NCBI GenBank assembly: GCA_950097015.1
Contig: CATNEN010000008.1
Span: forward strand, 1,798,001 to 1,862,000
Direction: 5' to 3'
Source of the DNA: Macrostomum hystrix
Taxonomy: Eukaryota > Animalia > Platyhelminthes
Length of the DNA: 64,000 bases
The notes under the pieces are model-generated. The model worked only from the letters and a program-made list of their open reading frames with translations, was not told the origin of the DNA and searched no databases. The position numbers were made by a program, and so were the translations under genes. Shown here piece by piece: positions 34,586 through 46,100 of this stretch (its first letter is position 1; each line of letters opens with the position of its first letter).

Positions 34586-36899
34586 CCTTTTTCGCAAACC
34601 AGATATTCTCCGATCCCAGGTTTCCTAGATCCCCTTGTTCTAGATCAATTTAAACAAAGAACAGAGCCAACTGGGCCAACAAAAGCTTTCCAACAATGCG
34701 CATTGAAATAGATTCAGTGCGACAAAGAATACTAAATGCCCATTAAATGGTGGGATTAAATTTGTTTGTAATTAGGAGACACACATTCAGACAGCAAAGG
34801 CCTTCAGGAAGTCACTCGGCATCTCTCTGCTGCTGCTGCTGGTTTCCTGGCCAATGCGTGTCTTCTAAACTTCACCAGAAGCATTGAAGTGTCAGGAAGA
34901 GCTGCCACTATGGAAATCCTTTTGCCATCCAATTCATTAGCCACTCGCTGTTTAAAAAATATAGGAATTACTTCCCCAGCTACTTAGGCCGGTGCTGTCC
35001 CGCAAATTGGAAAAAGATTAGGCAAGGCTTTGCGTTGGAAAACAATGCCAGTTTCGCGAGTTGAATTGGGGAAAGACAATTAAGAGGAAGAGGGAGACAG
35101 AATTGAGAACAGGACCCGGGTTGTATTGAAGAACTTCCGGATTTAGTCTGGCGGACTAGCTCCTTATTAATCGTTGAGTAGTTTTTCGCGAAGGTGCCCG
35201 TGTGTGTTTGAGAGCTCACGCCGTGAAAGATGAGCATAGGTGAGAGGACGTCAGTTCCTAGTCAAGTGGTCTCTCAGCAAAGCAATTCCGCAGCCTCCTT
35301 TCCATTCCTCTCGAATGAAAAAAACTAGAATTCTTCCCAATGATAACGCCTATCGCGCCCCCACCCCGCAAAAAACTTTCACTCGACGCGAAATTGAGTG
35401 CCTACTTCACAATGTCGGGTCACTATAGCGGTCTAGCTGCTACAGATTTGAAATTTGATTGATTTCTAGAATTTATATTTGAGCAGCAAGAGAGAGAGAG
35501 GGAGGGAGGGGTGGTGAGAAGGATGTATTTAAAGGTAAAACGAGAAGATCTGTTTGCAGAGAAGTTATTTAACTCAAGCTCATACAGCTAGTCTAGATGC
35601 AGCATTTCCACCAGCGCACTAACTACCCTCAAATTCAATTAGCTGAAAGCATTCCTTACTGCTTGGGAGAGGTTGGGAAACTGCATGGCTGGTTTTGGCC
35701 GCCTTTTGTCTAATCTTGTCTGGCCGTTATCCATTCCGCCCCGCGATCCCAACCCACCTATATAAGGACTCGCGTGAGTATCAGGGAACTGAAATATAAA
35801 CTGAAGCTTGTCCGGCGCAGTAGGTGAGAATGAAAGACTAGTTTTTGGATTGTCTTCTGATGGCAGTGACGGGCAAAATTCTCTGCTCCTGACCGGGGGC
35901 CGCCGCTGTCACTTGGAAACTGCGCTGTGAGGGCCTCCAAGATAATGGATTAGTGTTTCGTTGTCCTTGGGATCAGGGGTTTTGTTTTATTTGGCTTGTT
36001 CTGGCGTTGAAGGGGATCTGGCGCTGAGTCGATGGGAAAAAGAGTCCGCTGTCTCCCTGCTCTCCTAGTAACTGGAAGGTTGGACACGCGATGTAGGCGC
36101 AAATTAAATGAAAGACAAAAAAGAGAAGTATAAATTTGGGTGCCTAGGAAGAGGCAGACAAGGGGGAATGAGAGGGTGCGGACAGTTCCCGGGACTGGCA
36201 AAGAATAAATTGGAAAGAATTTTCCAGCATCCCAAGCTTCATCATCATCATCATCACCACCAACGGTAACCCTCCCTGAGCTCATCTCCAGTTTTTAGTC
36301 TCTCTTATTCCCATCACAAGGTGGAGGAAGCTGAGACTAAACTTCCCGCACCTGCCCACTTAACTTTTGTTTCCCCTCGACAGAGGTGGGGATTTGGGCA
36401 GCAATTCATTTTCCGCTCATTCCCCCCAGCCACCGCCAACCCAAACCCAGCTCGCGAGGCCCTAGCAGCCTCATCTTGCTGTTTGGTAGCCGGGATTATA
36501 AAATTAACAAGGCTATCGTAAATAAGTAATACGAGGTCCGGGACGCACAGGAAGTTTGAGAGAGGGGCCGCAAAGACTGCTTCCAGAGGCACAGAATAGA
36601 AATAGATTAAGAGGAGAAGCGGAGTGAGATCAGTCCCTGGTTTGGAACAATTTGCAAGATTGGCTCCCAGAGATGCTATTCAATTTCCCGATGCGGGTTC
36701 GTAAATAGAACTGATGAAGGCAAGAATTAAGTGGAAAAGCTATGGGAAGAATAAACTGAGGATTGCAGAACAGCAGAGTCAGGGTCTAGAGACGAAATTA
36801 TATTTATTTTCAAAACACATTTCCTAACTTCAGGCTAGAACAGGCAAAAGACAAAAAGTCAGCGTTGAAATTAATAGAAAAATAAGGGAGATAAGAATT

Positions 36900-37345
36900 G
36901 GGGAGTTCAGGGATATGAGATTGAGAGCATTAGGGAGATGAGATTGAGAACTTCAGGGAGATGAGAATTGCGAACTTCAGGGATATGAGATTGAGAGCAT
37001 TAGGGAGATGAGATTGAGAACTTCAGGGAGATGAGAATTGCGAACTTCAGGGATATGAGATTGAGAGCATTAGGGAGATGAGATTGAGAACTTCAGGGAG
37101 ATGAGATTGAGAACTTCAGGGATGTGAGATTGAGAACATCATGGATATGAGATTGAGAGCATTAGGGAGATGAGAATTGCGAACTTCAGGGATGTGAGAT
37201 TGAGAGCATTAGGGAGATGAGATTGAGAACTTCAGGGAGATGAGAATTGGGAACTTCAGGGAGATGAGAATTGGGAAATTCAGGGAGATGAGATATGAAA
37301 CTTCAAAACTTCAGGGAGATGAGATTGAGAACTTCAGGGAGACTA
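36900..37345. repeat. Minisatellite, 22-24-bp unit around CAGGGAGATGAGATTGAGAACTT with about 70-bp higher-order structure
   Basis: Tandem periodicity. Confidence 0.92.
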
Positions 37346-37914
37346 GATGAGACAATAATAAAGCAAATAACAAGTTAGAAATGATTCTTAAAATAAAAGA
37401 AAGCCAGCCCCAGGTTCCTCTTCGCAGCTGTTCTCGGGTTCGTGGAAAACGGGGCGAGGTGGCATTAATAAAAATCTCGCCAAAGCAGGAAGCGTCATGA
37501 GTCGGCAGACACGGACCCGAACACTTTATCAATCTTCTTGAAGGCTCAAGGCGAGGCTGAAGGCAAACTCTTTCAGTGAAGCTGCAACTCGCCACAATTT
37601 CCTGTCTGTCCGGAAGACAGAGATTTCTCTTCGGTCAAGTGAAATTCTTTCGACAAGCTCAGCCTAAGGACTACTGGCAGCATTCTTTTGTTCCTGACAT
37701 TTTTATCACTCGTGGCAGAGGCCTAATGCAAATTTTAAGGCTTTGTTAATTGTCTTCTGCTGCCGAAAGCATCCAGTCATTGCGTTGCTTTTCATGTTTC
37801 TTTCTCACACTAATTTCTCTTTTTCATATGTCGGGCTCACACTGGTTTGCCTCCGTCTGGAAACTGTGCTCATATTACATGATTAATTAGTTCCAAACTT
37901 GAAGTTTCATATCG

Positions 37915-38395
37915 ATCAGACACTGTTAGATACGAGATCAGACACTAGATCAGACACTGTATTAGATACTAGATCAGATACTAGATCAGATACTAGATCA
38001 GACACTAGATCAGACACTGTTAGATACGAGATCAGACACTAGATCAGACACTAGATCAGATACTATGTCAGACACTAGATCAGACACTAGATCAGACACT
38101 AGATCAGACACTAGATCAGACACTAGATCAGACACTAGATCAGACACTAGATCAGACACTAGATCAGACACTAGATCAGACACTAGATCAGACACTAGAT
38201 CAGACACTAGATCAGACACTAGATCAGACACTAGATCAGATACTATGTCAGACACTAGATCAGACACTAGATCAGATACTAGATCAGACACTAGATCAGA
38301 CACTAGATCAGATACTATGTCAGACACTAGGTCAGACACTAGATCAGACACTAGATCAGACACTAGATCAGACACTAGATCAGACACTAGATCAA
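37915..38395. repeat. Minisatellite, 12-bp unit CAGACACTAGAT
   Basis: About 38 copies; source of the SDTR/VSDL pseudo-ORFs. Confidence 0.96.
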
Positions 38396-39299
38396 GATTC
38401 CAATACAAGAGTGAGATATTTTGCACGCTAGACTCATATTTTCCAATAAGTTTTCCACGCCAATGCATCAAGCCTCCAGCATGAAAGTAGCTGTTTTTCT
38501 CTGCATTGTTTCTGTCAAGCAAAAAGTGGCAGACCCAAAGTCAAACGCCTGACGCAGCTTCAGCAATAAAAATCGCAGTGCACAGCGATGTTCTCATTTG
38601 AAAAACACAGCCTTGCTTTGCTTTGGCAATAAAAAAGCAGCGCAGCCTACTTCCAGTGTGGACTCCGCCCCCGCCGCAACTCAAAACTACCTGAAGACGA
38701 GCAGAAATGGGATAATCGCTGACGCAGCAAGACTTTCCGGCGCCTTTGTAAAAAATTAAGCCCGTTTGAAAAGATGAGTCCGCCTTCGATTTTTGAGGAA
38801 AAAAATTGCAAGCAAATCACAACAACAATGGGTTGAGAAGTCGCTAGGAGAAGACAATGCTGAAAATTTGCCCGCGCAAGCAGGGAAGAAGAGCGGCGCT
38901 GGCGGCGGTACAAAAGAGTTTGCACTTTTTCTGAAAGACAGGGGAAAATTTCCCTGGCGGTTCTCCATGTCTTTTCTTTTTTCCCCACTCGCTTCGTTTT
39001 GTTGATAAGGAAATTCGTAATTAAGGGGCCGGGGCCTGTCTTTTTTGCCGTTATTTTTTTGCTTGAAAAGAAGCTTCTTTTGTCCTCGCACTCCAAGTCC
39101 CGTCTGCCACTCTCGGAACAGGCAGGCAGTCATTTCCTACGAGTCCATTGTTCATCTCCAAGATATGACTGTAGCGAAGGCAGCGATTATGAACAACCTC
39201 GGATATTTTACTGGTTTTGAATGGCAAAACATGAACAAGGAACCGTTTCGCAACTTTCGATTCTACTTCATCTCATTCTCACCCTCTCAGTTTTCTCCT

Positions 39300-39775
39300 C
39301 AATCTCCTCTCCACCAACCCTCTGATCTCCCTCTAACCTCTTATCTCCCCTCACTCTCTTTTCTCTCTCTCCCCCTCAAATCTCCTTCTCATCCTCTTCT
39401 CTCCCTCTCACCTCTTATCTCCCTCTCACGTCTTATCTCCCTCTCACCTCTTATCTCCCTCTCACGTCTTATCTCCCTCTCACGTCTTATCTCCCTATCA
39501 CTCTTATCTAACTCTCACGTCTTATCTCCCTCTCACCTCTTATCTCCCCCTCACCTATTCTCTCCCTCTCACGTCTTATCTCCCTATCACTCTTATCTAC
39601 CTCTCACGACTTATCTACCTCTCACCCTCTTATCTACCTCTCACCTCTTATCTACCTCTCACGTCTTATCTACCTCTCACCCTCTTCTCTCCCTATAACT
39701 CTCTTCTCTCCCTCTGAAACATCTTATCTCCCTCTCACCTCTTCTCTCCCTCCTTCCCAGCCCTTCCTCTCTCTC
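39300..39775. repeat. Pyrimidine-rich minisatellite, about 18-bp unit TCTCCCTCTCACCTCTTA
   Basis: Tandem periodicity. Confidence 0.9.
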
Positions 39776-40138
39776 CCAAAGCGCTCTGCATCTACACTGC
39801 CAATATTTTCTCATTTCAAAAATGTTTCATATTCAATAGCTTTAGAAATTTCTGCTTGTAATATGGTGCCTTAAGTGTCATAAAATTATATTTATCATAT
39901 CAAGCAATAACTTGCCTTGCCGATAGCAGATTTCTGCAGAAATCTGCAGAATCCAGTTCGACTGGATTGAAAAATAAAATACAATTGTTTGTGCGTTGCA
40001 GTCGAGAAGAAAATAAAGTCAGGAGATAATTAACTGATAGTTTCGATAAAAAAACAGTGAATACATTTCAAGGGTTATAATAACACGCATAATTGTTTGA
40101 GTAACTATTTATCAGCAGTAAAAAAACATGTTAATAGA

Positions 40139-40144
40139 TTTATT
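40139..40144 (-). terminator. Polyadenylation signal AATAAA for FHAD1
   Basis: TTTATT on + at 40139-40144, 24 nt downstream of the TGA. Confidence 0.55.
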
Positions 40145-40167
40145 TTACTGTACAGCTCAGAGGAATC

Positions 40168-43100
40168 TCAGCCATCTGCGCCCAGCAGCTCCGATTCGTG
40201 TGGAAGACCCTGTGATAGAAAATAGTAAATCTGTTATTTACATTGCATTATACTACTAGTAGACATGTGAAGACATCCTTACTTGGATCTGGGATCCGGG
40301 GATCTGGAATCCGGGGATCTGGGATCCGGGGATCTGGGATCCGGGGATCTGGGATCCGGGGATCTGGGATCCGGGGATCTGGGATCCGGGGATCTGGGAT
40401 CCGGGGATCTGGGATCCGGGGATCTGGGATCCGGGGATCTGGGATCCGGGGATCTGGGATCCGGGGATCTGGGATCCGGGGATCTGGGATCCGGGGATCT
40501 GGGATCCGGGGATCTGGGATCCGGGGATCTGGGATCCGGGGATCTGGGATCCGGGGATCTGGGATCCGGGGATCTGGGATCCGGGGATCTGGGATCCGGG
40601 GATCTGGGATCCGGGGATCTGGGATCCGGGGATCTGGGATCCGGGGATCTGGGATCCGGGGATCTGGGATCCGGGGATCTGGGATCCGGGGATCTGGGAT
40701 CCGGGGATCTGGGATCCGGGGATCTGGGATCCGGGGATCTGGGATCCGGGGATCTGGGATCCGGGGATCTGGGATCCGGGGATCTGGGATCCGGGGATCT
40801 GGGATCCGGGGATCTGGGATCCGGGGATCTGGGATCCGGGGATCTGGGATCCGGGGATCTGGGATCCGGGGATCTGGGGATCAGCTCACCAGAGAAGTCT
40901 GCAGCCGTGATAATTTCGTGCTGGCATTGCGCAGGTCCTTCTCTCTAGACCGCAGCTCCGCTTTCAGTGATGCGATTTCGTAGTCTTTTCTCTTCATCCG
41001 CTCCCTGATGGCCCTCTTGCGAATCGCCTCCTGGAGGGACGCGTTTTTAGAAGAAAATCGGGAACTTAAAAACAGCGTATCCAATGTAAACTATTCCGGT
41101 GCTAAGCAGTCAAACAAACCTTTTCCTCGTCATCACCGTCGGCTCCATCCTCAACATCTGCCACCTTCGGTCGCGACTTCGCCACAATGACGCTCGCTCC
41201 GCCTCGGCTTCCGGCGTCTTCGCCGTTTCTCTTTGAAGTCGCTGTCGTCGCGGCCGCCGTCCGGGCCCGCCCGATGCTGGCCCGCAGCAGCTCGGACTCC
41301 TCGGCGCGCGCCCGGAGCTGCTCGGCAAGTGAGTCAACCTGGGCGGCGCGCGCCTCGGCCAGCTGCAGCGCCTGACGCAGCCTGGCCAGATCGCCGTCGT
41401 AGCCCTCGAGCAGCTGGTCCTTGCGCTCGGCCCGTTCGAGCAGCTGGCGCGCCCGGTCGGACATCAGGCCGACAGCTTTGTCACGCTCGGCGATCAGCCG
41501 GCGACGCTCGTTCGGATCGGCCGCCTGCGACATCGGCAGCTGGCCGGGCAGGGGGCCGGCCAGGCGCAGCGCGCTGGCCAGGGAGCTTGCCAGGCTGAGG
41601 TAGCAGCGCTCGGAGGCTTCCAGACAGGCAGCGGCCTGCGCATGCGCCGAGCGCTCAGTCTGAGACAGTTGCAGGTTAGGAGCATAATCGAAATTTACCG
41701 AAATCATCGGGATTTCCCGAAATCAATGGGATTTCCCGAAATCAATGAGATTTCCCGAAATCAATGGGATTTCCCTAAATCAATGAGATTTCCCGAAATC
41801 AATGGGATTTCCCTAAATCAATGGGATTTCCAGGAAATCAATGGGATTTCATCAATGGGATTTCCCGAAATCAATGGGATTTCCCGAAATCAATGGGATT
41901 TCCCTAAATCAATGAGATTTCCCGAAATCAATGGGATTTCCCTAAATCAATGGGATTTCCCGAAAATCAATGGGATTTCATCAATGGGATTTCCCGAAAT
42001 CAATGGGATTTCCCGAAATCAATGGGATTTCCCGAAATCAATGGGATTTCCCGAAATCAATGGGATTTCCCGAAATCAATGGGATTTCCCGAAATCAATG
42101 GGATTTCCCGAAATCAATGGGATTTCCCGAAATCAATGGGATTTCCCGAAATCAATGGGATTTCCCGAAATCAATGGGATTTCCCGAAATCAATGGGATT
42201 TCCCGAAATCAATGGGATTTCCCGAAATCAATGGGATTTCCCGAAATCAATGGGATTTCCCGAAATCAATGGGATTTCCCGAAATCAATGGGATTTCCCG
42301 AAATCAATGGGATTTCCCGAAATCAATGGGATTTTCTCTGTTCAACTGCAGCCGGAAAAATTAACCTGCAGATTGGCATTCGTCGTAGCGATTCTGGCCA
42401 GCCCGGTCGACCCCAACTCCTTGTCGAGATCCCCGGCGGGCGCAGCTGACTGGCTGTACCGGCCGGTCTCCGCCAACGCCTGTCGAGATCGCATCTCGGC
42501 CAGCTCGCGTTTTAATAGGGCCACCTGCTGCACCGTGTGGTCATGGCTGTTGGCTGCGGAGTTTTGCATTAGAATTTTGTATCATATCAGTGTACTTTTG
42601 TGGGCCTACGAATATCGTGATTATAATGACCTGACGCAGCTGGACATAAACTATCAATGAACTTTCAGAGCCTCCTAAAACTCACTAGTCGGCCGGCCGA
42701 GCTCCGAGTCCTTCAACCGTTGGCGCAGCTCGCTAAGCGCCTCCCGTTGATGCTGAATGATGGCCAAGTGCCTCTCGCCGCGGCACTGATGACCCAGAGC
42801 GGCCAGCTCCGACTCAAGCGCCCCGCCGACTCCACCGAAGCCGCCGGAGTCTGTCTCCGCCTCTGTCTTGGACTTCGCCGGAGCGGCTGCCGCCGACGCA
42901 AATTTTCGCTCCTCCTTCAGCTGACGCAGCCGACTCTGCAGCTCCTTGGCCTGAGCGTCGCGCGCCTCCAGTGTCGCCTTCAGCTTCTTGATGACGCCGC
43001 GCTGCTTCTCCAGCTGTGCGGCGCTATCCGACAACCGGTCGCGCTGCCGCTCCATCAGCTCCGTCAACTTGTCAGCCCGGGCGTTTGCCGCTGCCGCCTC

Positions 43101-46100
43101 CGCTTCTGCGTTGCGCTGACGTCTGCGACTGGCCTCCAGCTCGTTTGAGCGTGACGCTTGCGGCGCCGGCGCCGGCGGCGGCGGCTGCTGCTGCTGCTGC
43201 TTCTGAACCGGAGATTCTCGCAGAGAGTTTGCTGCAGCTGCAGCGGCCTCCGCCTCGGCTAACCGTGTGGCTAATCGGGCGAGTTCAACTCGAATTCCTG
43301 CGTTTTCTCGACGCAACGATGCCACCTCAGTCTCAGCGGCTGCCAGCTTCGTCTTGGCTGACGACAGGGCTTCGTCGGTGGCTTCTGCCGATTGGGGTGG
43401 CGTCGTAGGAGGCGTCGTTGGAGGCGCCGTAGGAGGTCCGACGGCCTTTACTGAAGCGTTGGCTGGTACCGGCCGACTCTGCTGCTCCACCAGCTTCAAT
43501 TCCAGCTGCCGCTGCTGCTGATCGTGTCGCGAACGCAGCCCGTCTGCTTCGCTACGCGCCGATTCCAGATCGCCCTGAAGGCGACCGCCGACTCGTGCGG
43601 CCTCCTCCAGCTCGTCTCGCAGTCGCCGATTGTCCGCCGATATCGCGCGCAGCTGTTCGCGCTGTGCGCACGCCTCCGCGTCGCGACGTTCGGACAGTTC
43701 GCGCATCGCCGCCTTCGTCGTCGCGTCGCCTGCCTCCGCCGCCGACAATCGTTGTTGAAGTTCGGCTTCCCGCTCGCGCGCTTCGGCCAACTCGTCCGCG
43801 ATTGCCCGACCGCGCGTCGCCTCCTCGTCGTGGCGACGTTTTAGCGCCGCCTCCAAGTCCGCGAGAGCGGCGCGCTGACCGGCGGCCTCGCGTTCTGCGG
43901 CCTCGCGTCGTCGCTCAGCCTCGGCGGCTACGGCGGCTTCCACGGCTGCCGAGCACTCTCGGCGGGACTCGGTTGCGGCGGCTTCCAGGGCGTCGGCTAG
44001 GCGAGACTCCCACTCCGCGCGCAGCTTCTCACTCACTTCGTTCAGATCGGCGCCGGCGCGACTTTCCAATTCGGCCAGGCGCATTCGAGAGCGCGCCAGT
44101 TGCGCCTCCGTGTCGGACCAGCGCGCCTGCAGCTGAGCCAAGTGGTGCGCCGGACCTGTGGCGAAACCATTCTTTTGTTTTGATTTGCATTTGAAGAAGG
44201 CAAATTTGAAGAATTGGGAATTCCTCGAACAAATCTGATACTCCTTCTGATCATTCGAACTGACAATCTGAGCAGAAGTTTTTTCTAAATTAAGAATCCT
44301 GGTACGAGAATCTTGTAATATTCTAAGTATTTGGGCAACTATTTTGATTTGGAAATTCGCCTAAAAGGGAAATCTGTCTGATTGGGAAATCCGTCTGATT
44401 GGGAAATCCGTCTGATTGGGAAATCCGTCTGATGGGAAATCCGTCTGATTGGGAAATCCGTCTGATTGGGAAATCCATTTGATTGGGAAATCCGTCTGAT
44501 TGGAAAATCCGTCTGATTAGGAAATCCGTCTGATTAGGAAATCCGTCTGATTGGAAAATCCGTCTGATTAGGAAATCCGTCTGATTAGGAAATCCGTCTA
44601 ATTGGGAAATTTGGCTGCCTGGGAAATCTCTCTGATTGAGAAATCCGTCTGATTAGGAAATCCGTTTGATTGAGAAATCCATCTGATTAGTAAATCCGTC
44701 TAATTGGGAAATTTGGCTGCCTGGGAAATCTCTCTGATTGGGAAATCCGTCTGATTGGGATATCCGTTTGATTGGGAAATCCGTCTAATTGGGAAATCCG
44801 GCTGGGAAATCTCTCTGATTGGGAAATCCAACTATTTAGCGGAAATTCTATTAATTTAGATATTCATCTAGGGGATAAAAAACGAACATATCTCTAGGCC
44901 TACAAACTCACTGGCATCGGACAACCTGACCGAGGCTCCGCACTTCTCCAACGCCGCCTCCGTCTCCTCTTGCCAGCTCAGCTGATGTCGCAGATCCTCC
45001 AGCACCGCGGCAATGAGCGGCCTCAACGGTGCCGCTTCAGCCGCTTCCGCCGCAGCTTCTGGCGAGGCCTCAGCCGCGTCGGCGGCCGCCTCGGCCGCTG
45101 CCAGCAGAGCGACCTCGTCGGCAAGAGCGGCGGCCGAGCGTCCCCGGTCGGCCAGTCGGCCGAAAGCCTCGGCCAGCCGGTCCCGGCAGGCCCCGGCGGC
45201 GCCGGCGCCGAGTGCTCGCGCTCGTCCGACGGCTTCCAGAGCGGCGCGCAGGCGATCGGCTTCGGCGCGCAAACTGATGCGCTCCTCGACTGCCCCTGAG
45301 ACAGCGTCCAGCAGCTGCTCGTCAGTGGCCAGACCCTCCGGCTTCGGGGCGTCGGGCATGCCGAACGCGATAGACATCAGGCGGTTGCGCAGTCGCTCCA
45401 GACGGCTGGTGGCCTGCTGAAGGTCGACCCGGACCAGGCGCTCCGATCTCTGTCTGTTTAGGAGGCCAGAGGTAAGTTGCGAGAATACATGTCAGATGAG
45501 GTGTCAGTAGGATTGCCAGATGAGGTGTCAGTAGGATTGTCAGATGAGGTGTCAGTAGGATTGTCAGACGAGGTGTCAGTAGGATTGTCAGATGAGGTAT
45601 CAGTAGGATTGCCAGATGAGGTGTCAGTAGGATTGTCAGATGAGGTGTCAGTAGGATTGTCAGATGTTACTGTCCTGTCAAATCACCTGTCAACGGCCTG
45701 CGCTTTCGCAGTCTCCAGTTCGATGCCGAGTTGACGCGCTGCGGCCGCCTCCCGCTCCGCCGTGGCATGCGCGTCGTCAAGGCCGGCGCGCAAATCGCGC
45801 GCCGCAGCGTCGCGCGCTTCACAACGCGCCTCCGCCTCGCGCAGGCGGGCGCGCAGGCTGGCCAGTTCGCGCTCGCGCGCTTGGCGCGCTTCGGCTTCGG
45901 CTTTGGCATCGGCGGGTGACTAGTGAAATAAGTGCGAGGTTAAATTGGTTACATTTTACAGTAGGAGACAGAGGACGAAGATGTGGGAGATAGGAGAGAT
46001 GAGGGAGACGAGGGAGATAATAGAGAGAAGGAAATGAGGGAGATGAGGCAGATGAGAGAGATGAGGGAGAGGAGGGAGTGGAGGGAGAAGAGAGAGAGGA

